Positions 11,491-18,661 of a stretch of DNA of 32,000 nucleotides are shown here, piece by piece. The position numbers were made by a program, and so were the translations under genes. The notes beneath the pieces were generated by a model. It saw nothing but the letters and a program-made list of their open reading frames with translations, searched no databases and was not told the DNA's origin. Every line of letters begins with the position of its first letter. The stretch's first letter is position 1. This DNA comes from Pseudomonas aeruginosa. Lineage in GTDB: Bacteria; Pseudomonadota; Gammaproteobacteria; Pseudomonadales; Pseudomonadaceae. The stretch spans positions 270,001 to 302,000 of the forward strand of contig NZ_LN831024.1 in the NCBI RefSeq assembly GCF_001457615.1, in the 5' to 3' direction.

Positions 11491-11713
11491 CCTGTTGCTC
11501 CTGTGGGAGTCCTGGTAGGAACGGCATCCGAGCATGCAGAACTATAGACGTGAAACGGCCAGCCCCGAGGAACTATCCGCCGATCGACCCTTCATCTGGC
11601 CCCGGCCTTGAGTGCCATTCCCGGCCGGACAGGATCGGTTGCTCTGGTCTCTGTGGCGAGGGACAGGCGCTGCTCGGCGGAGCGGGTGGCGGCGAGGCAG
11701 GTCTGAAAGCAAA

Positions 11714-11734
11714 AAGCCCGCACAAGGCGGGCTT
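11714..11734 (-). terminator. Candidate intrinsic terminator for leftward transcription
   Basis: AAGCCCGC-ACAAG-GCGGGCTT perfect 8-bp stem; on the minus strand it is followed by TTTTTG. Confidence 0.6.
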
Positions 11735-11760
11735 CTGGAACCCGGCGGGCCTCTAACCCG

Positions 11761-11803
11761 TTCTGTAACTAATTGAATTTATTTATATTTTTAATTTACA
11801 GAA
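11761..11803. repeat. 8-bp inverted repeat around a very AT-rich centre
   Basis: TTCTGTAA (11761-11768) ... TTACAGAA (11796-11803), followed by directly repeated TGGCATACA. Confidence 0.5.
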
Positions 11804-12096
11804 AACGTTGGCATACAGGATGGCATACAAGCTGCCGGTTACTGGAAGGGATTTGATCATTTCTTGAGCTACCCGATAGGGGTAGGTATCAAAGACAGAC
11901 AACCCTGCAAAAACCACAGTTAGAGGGAAAACGCGAGTCTGCGTACCCGTATAGGGTGGGGGCCATCGGAAGGACCCAGGAAAGTGGAGGCTGGGTTAGA
12001 TCGGCAGCGGATCGACACGGAGCCGGGGCGGAGTTTCTCGCCGCTGAAGGCTTACCAACGCGGGGGAGAGGGGGCTAACTGATATCCCCTTTTTTT

Positions 12097-12120
12097 CGGT
12101 GTTATTGGTGTTCAAGGTGT
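12097..12120. repeat. Three direct GGTGTT units at 9-bp spacing
   Basis: GGTGTTATT GGTGTTCAA GGTGTT; inverse copies AACACC at 12187-12192 and 12203-12208. Confidence 0.55.
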
Positions 12121-12132
12121 TAGAAAAACGCT

Positions 12133-12157
12133 GGAGCCCAGTAATCACGAGGGCTCC
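12133..12157. repeat. Hairpin-forming inverted repeat GGAGCCC/GGGCTCC
   Basis: GGAGCCC (12133-12139) and GGGCTCC (12151-12157), 11-nt spacer. Confidence 0.5.
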
Positions 12158-12163
12158 TGCGAT

Positions 12164-12201
12164 ATAACACTTCAGAAAAATGACCAAACACCAAGTGTTA
12201 T
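12164..12201. repeat. 9-bp inverted repeat ATAACACTT ... AAGTGTTAT
   Basis: Perfect arms at 12164-12172 and 12193-12201, 20-nt spacer. Confidence 0.55.
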
Positions 12202-12558
12202 GAACACCGCTGGGGTTATGAGGCGGGGGCTTGAGTCAACCAGGCTTCATGCTCTGAGCAGTTGTTCTACACCAATCCCGGAACTGATCTCAGCGAGGTG
12301 GCGCTCCCCAAGGTACTTTGCTCCACCTGGGGCCATCAGGGGGAGATTGAACTCGGATAACCCGGATGACCGAGTCGTAGGAACGCTGGCTAGTCACTCG
12401 CGTCGGCGGATAAATGTTATCGATATGATGGGCCGGAAGCCTGGCCTGACTGGTATTTCTGTACGGCCCAGGGCCAAAAACCAGGCTTTGTACCGGCGCA
12501 ACTCCCGCAGGGAGCAATATACATACCAATCTCTCTTGCTTGTATCGCAGCTTTACGT

Positions 12559-12987
12559 CTACTTTACTAGATAGACACTTGAGAGCTTGGACCTATAGAA
12601 AATAATCAGTAATAGAAGATGGGCAGTACACGAGGCGACCGAAAGCCAAGCGTAAGAGCTTTCAGAGACCGACAGTACAGAAAAGAAGAGAATTACCGCC
12701 GTCAAGAATAGTGCTGGCATAGTAAGCACAGCAGACAAGCCGGCAAATATATATCTAGAAAATAACGCATCAAACCTCAATACAAGTTTACCAATCAACA
12801 CGCCAACAACCAACGCAAGCATAGAAATACTACCAAACAAAGTTAAAAAACCAACAAACATAGATTCAACGGGAACACCCGTGGTGTCATCGGGGTTGAC
12901 GTTACCTTCCGAGAATCCAGAAAAGGATATTGCCGCACACAGGATAACCAGCAGAAATGTAAAAATCAGAAGAATGTCTTTTCTCAT
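12559..12987 (-). CDS. Four-TM inner-membrane protein; probable immunity protein for the colicin M-type bacteriocin
   Basis: 142 aa with four hydrophobic segments (LLIFTFLLVILCAAISF; SMFVGFLTLFGSISMLALVVGVLIG; IFAGLSAVLTMPALFLTAVILFFSVL; WLSVASCTAHLLLLIIFY). It starts 55 nt downstream of the bacteriocin gene, same strand, with RBS GAGG ~8 nt upstream. Confidence 0.75.
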   Translation of the reverse strand: MRKDILLIFTFLLVILCAAISFSGFSEGNVNPDDTTGVPVESMFVGFLTLFGSISMLALVVGVLIGKLVLRFDALFSRYIFAGLSAVLTMPALFLTAVILFFSVLSVSESSYAWLSVASCTAHLLLLIIFYRSKLSSVYLVK

Positions 12988-13011
12988 GAAACCATCCTCT
13001 TATGGTAAGAA

Positions 13012-13028
13012 GCACCCACGAGGGGTGC
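13012..13028. repeat. Stem-loop in the bacteriocin/immunity intergenic gap
   Basis: GCACCC-ACGAG-GGGTGC, 6-bp perfect arms. Confidence 0.5.
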
Positions 13029-13042
13029 CTCTTCTGTTAAAT

Positions 13043-13912
13043 TTAACCAGAAATATTAACAGGGATAGTACCCGGAATTCCAATGGGATAGGGAGTAGTG
13101 TCTTTAAATTTCTGACCCACTTCACGCCCTAAGCGAGTCATCCCTTCAGCCGTTTCGGTTCGATGATTTGAAGGATTAAAGTCATATACATCATCATATG
13201 CACGGATCTCTCCACGGAAGCTCCATTGGCCTGAGGTGGACTTAACAAGGGTGCCTGTCACTCGGAGCGTAATCTCTCCAACCGTGTTTCCAGCCACCCA
13301 ACTATCCTTAGCAGTAGCGTATGGCACATTGAAATCCACAGTGGTTTGCCCCATTGGACTGCTCGTCAGAATCCCAATGAACTGAGGCATAGCCTTTACA
13401 TTAGGTTTAATATTCAAACGTTCAATAGGGAAGTTCATTTTCTTACCTTTGCCCGTCAGGTAGTGAGCAAAAGCTGCCGCGGGCGTGTAGACCCCACCAT
13501 TGAACGTATCGATTTTTGGGCGATCCCAGTTGGGTTCATCGACACCTACAGGAGCACGATAGTTGTGATTCTGCGCGCGATTCATTGCAGTGATCCTATC
13601 GTCACCTAGAGAATACTGATTGTAGTCTGCCTGAGGTAGGTCAAAGATGTCCCATATAAACTCGAAATTGGGCTGAGGAAGGCTTGGGTATCCATAAAGA
13701 GTCGTACCCCAGTTCGCCCACTGAGTCCACAGAGAAAGCAGAGGTTTCTCCCAGTCGCCATTTACATAAGCGACGTTCCGCTGGCCTTTAGAGATATAAC
13801 CAATTTGTGCCGGATGGGGTGCAGGCCAGTTTGCGCCGTTATTCCCATAGTTGTAGGTGCCAAAACTGCCCTGACTAGCATATATTGTTGTGGTACCAAG
13901 ATCCATTGCCAT
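13043..13912 (-). CDS. paeM: Colicin M-type bacteriocin (PaeM / pyocin M-like), predicted lipid II-degrading
   Basis: 289 aa; C-terminal GEIRAYDDVYDFNPSNHRTETAEGMTRLG...YPIGIPGTIPVNISG contains D-x-Y-D-x5-H-R, the colicin M catalytic signature. RBS AGGAG upstream of ATG 13912. Confidence 0.92.
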   Translation of the reverse strand: MAMDLGTTTIYASQGSFGTYNYGNNGANWPAPHPAQIGYISKGQRNVAYVNGDWEKPLLSLWTQWANWGTTLYGYPSLPQPNFEFIWDIFDLPQADYNQYSLGDDRITAMNRAQNHNYRAPVGVDEPNWDRPKIDTFNGGVYTPAAAFAHYLTGKGKKMNFPIERLNIKPNVKAMPQFIGILTSSPMGQTTVDFNVPYATAKDSWVAGNTVGEITLRVTGTLVKSTSGQWSFRGEIRAYDDVYDFNPSNHRTETAEGMTRLGREVGQKFKDTTPYPIGIPGTIPVNISG

Positions 13913-14008
13913 ATACAGCTCCTAGATTTTTGCTTTTAACCAATGGCTGAACTGTGGGGGAAGGCCCACGAGATCTAGATAACTAGCTATGAGTAGGTTA
14001 GGCAATCT

Positions 14009-14051
14009 CAAAATGGCAAAAGACTTAAATACACCCCCAAGGAACGGCAAT
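14009..14051 (-). promoter_or_regulatory. Candidate PrtN P-box-like array upstream of the bacteriocin gene
   Basis: Minus strand reads ATTGCCGTTC|CTTGGGGGTGT|ATTTAAGTCT|TTTGCCATTTT: four tandem approximations to ATTGNN(N)GTNN(N), about 100-140 nt upstream of the start codon. Only the first unit is a perfect match. Confidence 0.45.
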
Positions 14052-14335
14052 ATACAGTCTACGCACCAGATGACCCTTGATCCTCAAGCATTCTAATAGC
14101 CCTGTTTTCAAGAATTGTGTGATTTATATGGTCTTTTCATGGAGATGGACTACCCCTGGGTACGATAGACATTGCTGGTCGAGCGAACAGGCCTACCAAG
14201 TCGGCCTGGCGGCCAGTGCCGGCGTCCTGCTCATCGCCCTAGCGAGATCCTGGTCAGGCCAACAAGGCGGTCGATGAGCGGAGGTGGCGGTCACGCTGGC
14301 GAGCCACACAAACAAAAAATGGCCTGTGTCAAGCC

Positions 14336-14354
14336 CCTGGCGAAAATCGCCAGG
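14336..14354. repeat. 8-bp perfect hairpin CCTGGCGA-AAA-TCGCCAGG
   Basis: Direct reading; no T-run on the + strand immediately after it. Confidence 0.45.
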
Positions 14355-14506
14355 AAGCCAAAAGCTTGAACGACACGGGGAGTTAGCTCTACTTCAGGCC
14401 GCTTTGCAGTGCTGCGACTTGTAGTGGTCTACTAATCCACAGCACCAACCCACTGGAGAGGCCGAACGCTGAGATCAAACGACGCACCGACGTGGTAGGG
14501 ATCTTC

Positions 14507-15749
14507 TGACCTGCACCCCGATTTCAGTACCACGTCAAACTTAGTAGAGTCCGTTTTCCGAGCAGGAGACGGCAGTGAAAAAGCGTTTTACCGAAGAGCA
14601 GACTCTCGACCTCCTCAAGCAGGCGGAGGCCGGTGTGCCGGTGAAGGAACTGTGTCGCCGACACGGCTTCAGTGATGCCTCGTTCTACACCTGGCGGGCC
14701 AAGTTTGGCGGTATGACCGTGGCGGACGCCAAACGGTTGAAGGATCTTGAACTGGAAAACAGCCGATTGAAGAAGTTGCTCGCCGAGGCCCACCTCGACA
14801 TCGAGTCGCTAGTCGCTAAAAGTGGTCGCCCGGGGAAAAGGGTAAGCCCGACAGCACGGCGGGAGGCGGTGCAGGAGATGCAGGCGCGAACCGGCATCTC
14901 CGAGCGTCGTGCCTGTCAGTTGATCGGGCTGTTCCGCTCGGTGTTGCGCTACCAGCCGCGAGCCAGTGTGCAAAACACCGAGCTGCAAGCCCAACTGGTG
15001 GAACTGGCCCAAGAGCGCCGACGCTTTGGCTATCGCCGCCTGCACATCCTGCTGCGGCGTGCTGGCGTGCAGGTCAACCACAAGCGGATCTATCGCCTGT
15101 ACCGCGCTGCCGGCTTGATGGTGAAACGGCGGCGGCGCCGCCATGGCGTCGCGGTGGAGCGCGAACGTCTGAGTTTGCCGAGCGCACCAAACCAGGTTTG
15201 GTCGATGGACTTCGTCTTCGATGCACTGAGCACCGGGCGGCGGATCAAATGCCTGACGGTGGTCGATGACTTCACCAAGGAGTCGGTCGGCATCCTGGTG
15301 GAGCACGGTATCAGCGGCTTTCGCGTCACACGGGCGCTGGACGAGATGGCGCGGTTTCGCGGCTACCCGAAAGCGATCCGCACCGACCAAGGGCCCGAGC
15401 TCACCGGCAAGGCACTCGATCAATGGGCCTATCAGCGCGACATCAAGCTGAAGCTGATTCAGCCTGGTAAGCCCACGCAGAATGCCTTCATCGAGTCGTT
15501 CAACGGTAAGTTCCGGGACGAATGCCTCAATGAGCACTGGTTCTGTTCGCTGGCCGAAGCGAGAATCCGCATCGCGGCCTGGCGGCGGGATTACAACGAA
15601 CACCGACCGCACAGCGCGATTGGCAATCTCACCCCGGCAGAATTTGCTGCAAGTTGGCGAACTCGCCAGCAGCAGCTGAAGCAGGAAAAATTAATATCAA
15701 CCCCAGGGCCTGCTAACTAGGCAGCGGTACTAAAACTGGGGGCAGGTCA
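14507..15749 (+). mobile_element. IS3-family insertion sequence
   Basis: Terminal inverted repeats TGACCTGCACCCCGATTTCAGTACCAC (left) and, as reverse complement of the right end, TGACCTGCCCCCAGTTTTAGTACCGC; encloses a DDE transposase ORF. Confidence 0.85.
14575..15720 (+). CDS. IS3-family transposase (OrfA-like HTH and OrfB-like DDE integrase in one frame)
   Basis: 381 aa: MKKRFTEEQTLDLLKQAEAGVPVKELCRRHGFSDASFYTWRAKFGG ... NQVWSMDFVFD ... IRTDQGPELTGKAL ... FIESFNGKFRDECLNEHWF ... WRRDYNEHRPHSAIG. Confidence 0.96.
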   Translation: MKKRFTEEQTLDLLKQAEAGVPVKELCRRHGFSDASFYTWRAKFGGMTVADAKRLKDLELENSRLKKLLAEAHLDIESLVAKSGRPGKRVSPTARREAVQEMQARTGISERRACQLIGLFRSVLRYQPRASVQNTELQAQLVELAQERRRFGYRRLHILLRRAGVQVNHKRIYRLYRAAGLMVKRRRRRHGVAVERERLSLPSAPNQVWSMDFVFDALSTGRRIKCLTVVDDFTKESVGILVEHGISGFRVTRALDEMARFRGYPKAIRTDQGPELTGKALDQWAYQRDIKLKLIQPGKPTQNAFIESFNGKFRDECLNEHWFCSLAEARIRIAAWRRDYNEHRPHSAIGNLTPAEFAASWRTRQQQLKQEKLISTPGPAN

Positions 15750-15769
15750 ACACTATGCTGGGAGAGTAG

Positions 15770-15805
15770 AAGGCAAGCCCGTAGTCTATCTCTCTGGCTT
15801 GCCTT
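15770..15805. terminator. Intrinsic terminator, usable by the leftward Hsp70-like gene and possibly bidirectional
   Basis: 10-bp perfect stem AAGGCAAGCC ... GGCTTGCCTT followed by TTG on +; lies just past the stop of the Hsp70-like gene. Confidence 0.65.
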
Positions 15806-15821
15806 TTGTCTGCTCGGATTT

Positions 15822-18557
15822 TTATTCGCTCTCAATCTCCAGATTGATTTTGAAAGTTGAGAAAGAGTTACTGCCCTCCTTGAGCGATGAGGTAATTGCT
15901 GCCCCTAGTTTTGGGTTAAGTTCGGTTGCAGAGAACTCTGATTTCTTATTGCACGGTTTCACTATGGGGGAACCGGAGTTTTCTGTGGTTTTGTCGTACC
16001 AGAAGCACTCCATTCCACTCACGCTGTCAGTCGTTTCGAGCCAGAATATTAGTGGGAATAGCGGAAGAGCAAATTCGCTTTCGGTCTCAGTTAGGACTGC
16101 TAGTGTTCTTGGCTTCTGCTTGCTACTTTCAAAGGCATGTGATTTGGTAAACGGAGGGACGTCGTGGGCGACTTTGAAAACTCCAGTGAATTTGTCATCT
16201 TCAAATGGTTTTTGCTCCATGTCTGTCATGTAGCCGAATAGCTTTCCTCGCATTAGTTTTGTGCAGCAGCTGATCACTAAGGAAAGATGGCTATGGTAGT
16301 CGAACGCATTATCCTCAAGCTTTTCGTGCTTGTGATTGTTAAATTCAGATATCGCTCTTTCAAGTAAGGTGTCGTTCTTTTCTAGGAATGACCTTATTGG
16401 TTTTGAAAATTTTGCAGAGTTACCTAGGGCCTCTATTGACTGTTTTAGTACTGACTTAAGTGGCCCCATGGAGCGATGTTGGAAGTTTTTAAATATTCTT
16501 CCTGCTTTTTTATTGGAGTACAGCTCGGCCACTGTGACATAGGTCATGAATGCTAATGCGGCCTCAAATGCTTCACGTGCAACCGTAGCTGATGTGGTGG
16601 TGTTCTTCACATCAAGATACTTTCTCAGAGGATAGGCTACAGGGTATGGCAGATAGCTTATGGAGTCACTGAGGCTAGTCCACGTGGGGTCGTTTGAGCG
16701 TGCAGCAGTGATCTTAACTTGATCTTGTGTTAGAAGGCACAGAGAGGAGCAGCTTGTGCCAAAGTCGAATCCAATATAGTTCTTGGGTGATGATGTACTT
16801 GTAATGCCCGTTGTCATGTCTATGGCGAATGGCCTGCCTTCGACAGTGGCTCCTTCTACGCCATTTTCTTTGTTAGGCATCTTATATATGAAAGAAGGAT
16901 ATACGGTTCCATCTTCCTTTATTAGCAAGTCAACTGTTATGTATGAGTCAAACTGCTTGTTATCTCTGGTGTAAATAACTTGATTTTCGCTATTGTATAC
17001 TTCGTTATCTTCAGTTAGTCCTGAGTCGCTTGGCTTTGAGAATACATATGTTAGTTTGCTTTTTGGTGGCTTTGATAGGCGGATTTTCCATTGCAGGTGT
17101 TCGTTTATAAAGTTGTGGAGGGCTTGCGCGGAGGGCATTAAGTCTCCGGGTTTGACTCCATTCATATCTATCTTTTCGCCAACGGACGAGAAGTTTCTAG
17201 TCTGTTCTGATTCTTCTTCGTCTGGCTTCAGGGATAGCTTTAACGGGTTGTAGGTTACAGAGACAAATTCGCTTTCTTGTTCATAGAACCTTCTCGCGCA
17301 TTCAATTGCTAATCCATTTGCTACAACCTCTTGGAACGACTGAGATATAGGAACCGGAGTTGCGCCTTCAAGTTCGTCAGAAAAGTCACGGTCAAGAAAC
17401 TCCATTAACCATCGAATGTTGGAGGAACCTCCGGATATTAGTGTTACTGTTATTGATTTGCCATTTAGTTTCTCTTCAGCGGTCCTGAATACTCTCCCGA
17501 TCGTCCGCTTTAGATGATTTTCCCATACTTCATTTTCAAATATTTTTCTAAACTGGTGCGCAAAGAATTCATCATCGACCCATTTTGTAGCATCGTCAAA
17601 TGGGTTGATTGGTGTCTTGATAGCTGTTCGTTCGTAGGCTTCACTGTTAAGTGACCAGTTCTTTATTGTTGAGGTGAGATTGATTTTGTATTTTTCGACT
17701 TCTCGTTCTAATATTTTGAAGTTTTCTATGAACTTGGTTTTCTTTTCGCCGAGTGCGGAATAGTTTAGCTCTCCGTTTTTTACTCTTTTGTAGCTGCTGA
17801 TGCATTGGTCGGCTTCTTTTCTCTTTCCTCCCTCTAGATTCCTTTTTATTAGGTACTCGGCTATATGGAAGTTTATTTCAAATCCGCCTACTGCGCAGGA
17901 GTCAGCTGCCAATGGTTTAGAGTGTTTCCCGGTTAAACTTATGTCTCCTTGGCTAGTTGATTCAATTACGCAGGCGTCAAATGTTCCACCTCCGAAATCA
18001 AGAACAAGGGCTATGTGCTTGCTTTTATCTTGTAAATTCGGGATCCGCTGGCCGTAGCGGTAGTATTGATAGACTGCGAAAGGTTCAGGGAGGAAATCTA
18101 CTTCCTCATAGCGATTCAGTATGCGCCGAATGTTTTCTCGATAGTTCTGCATCCAAGTTTTTGTGTGCTTCTCCTCCTTGTTGGAGAAGCTTAGGGGTTC
18201 GGCAACAAGTATTTTGGCTGGGATCTTATGTTGCGCGGAAGTTTCATTTTTTATTTCTTCTTCTAGATCTTTTAGAATTGAGTTCATGAAGGTCTGTGAC
18301 AGGTCAAAGGCGCTTCTATCTTCACCATCATTTGAAGGGGCTAATTTTCCTTTTAATGTGCCTGGAGTATGTTCTCCTAGGTTTATTTTGAAATTGTCAT
18401 TGATTATAAGTCCTTCGCCTTTCTGTAAGGCGGAGTTGCCTATATGGTGAACTTCTGGGCTTTCATAGAAAATTGCAGTGGGGATGTAGCTTTCTTCGCC
18501 AACCGAATATGGCTGGATACTTGTAATCCAAAGATTTTTTGTTTGCGACTCTGCCAT
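15822..18557 (-). CDS. Large Hsp70/actin-like ATPase-fold protein with unusual motif order
   Basis: ~911 aa from ATG 18557 (GGGAG ~10 nt upstream; ORF open to 18623). Motifs: FLPEPFAVYQYYRYG, IALVLDFGGGTFDACVIES (phosphate-2-like), VTLISGGSSNIRWLMEFLDRDF (adenosine-like), then NYIGFDFGTSCSSLCLL (phosphate-1-like) near residue 620. Confidence 0.85.
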   Translation of the reverse strand: MAESQTKNLWITSIQPYSVGEESYIPTAIFYESPEVHHIGNSALQKGEGLIINDNFKINLGEHTPGTLKGKLAPSNDGEDRSAFDLSQTFMNSILKDLEEEIKNETSAQHKIPAKILVAEPLSFSNKEEKHTKTWMQNYRENIRRILNRYEEVDFLPEPFAVYQYYRYGQRIPNLQDKSKHIALVLDFGGGTFDACVIESTSQGDISLTGKHSKPLAADSCAVGGFEINFHIAEYLIKRNLEGGKRKEADQCISSYKRVKNGELNYSALGEKKTKFIENFKILEREVEKYKINLTSTIKNWSLNSEAYERTAIKTPINPFDDATKWVDDEFFAHQFRKIFENEVWENHLKRTIGRVFRTAEEKLNGKSITVTLISGGSSNIRWLMEFLDRDFSDELEGATPVPISQSFQEVVANGLAIECARRFYEQESEFVSVTYNPLKLSLKPDEEESEQTRNFSSVGEKIDMNGVKPGDLMPSAQALHNFINEHLQWKIRLSKPPKSKLTYVFSKPSDSGLTEDNEVYNSENQVIYTRDNKQFDSYITVDLLIKEDGTVYPSFIYKMPNKENGVEGATVEGRPFAIDMTTGITSTSSPKNYIGFDFGTSCSSLCLLTQDQVKITAARSNDPTWTSLSDSISYLPYPVAYPLRKYLDVKNTTTSATVAREAFEAALAFMTYVTVAELYSNKKAGRIFKNFQHRSMGPLKSVLKQSIEALGNSAKFSKPIRSFLEKNDTLLERAISEFNNHKHEKLEDNAFDYHSHLSLVISCCTKLMRGKLFGYMTDMEQKPFEDDKFTGVFKVAHDVPPFTKSHAFESSKQKPRTLAVLTETESEFALPLFPLIFWLETTDSVSGMECFWYDKTTENSGSPIVKPCNKKSEFSATELNPKLGAAITSSLKEGSNSFSTFKINLEIESE

Positions 18558-18608
18558 AATAAGCATGCTCCCTGCTGTGTTAAGCCGGCTTGACTCAAGG
18601 GCCACTCG

Positions 18609-18632
18609 TTCTAGGCGAGGCACAGCCTAGAA
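18609..18632. repeat. Palindrome TTCTAGGC-GAGGCACA-GCCTAGAA upstream of the Hsp70-like gene
   Basis: 8-bp perfect arms, 8-nt spacer. Confidence 0.6.
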
Positions 18633-18641
18633 GAAGGCCTG

Positions 18642-18661
18642 ATGTTATGTAGCCATAACAT
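18642..18661. repeat. Palindrome ATGTTATG-TAGC-CATAACAT upstream of the Hsp70-like gene
   Basis: 8-bp perfect arms, 4-nt spacer. Confidence 0.6.

Noticed and set aside
10298-11527. 409-aa minus-strand ORF overlapping the DUF4347-like gene
   Set aside because: Alternate frame of the same DNA without a recognisable domain; frame 10558-11490 carries conserved-looking motifs and an RBS.
14044-14060. LexA operator upstream of the bacteriocin
   Set aside because: Only a half-site-like CTGTATAT is present; no full palindromic LexA box.
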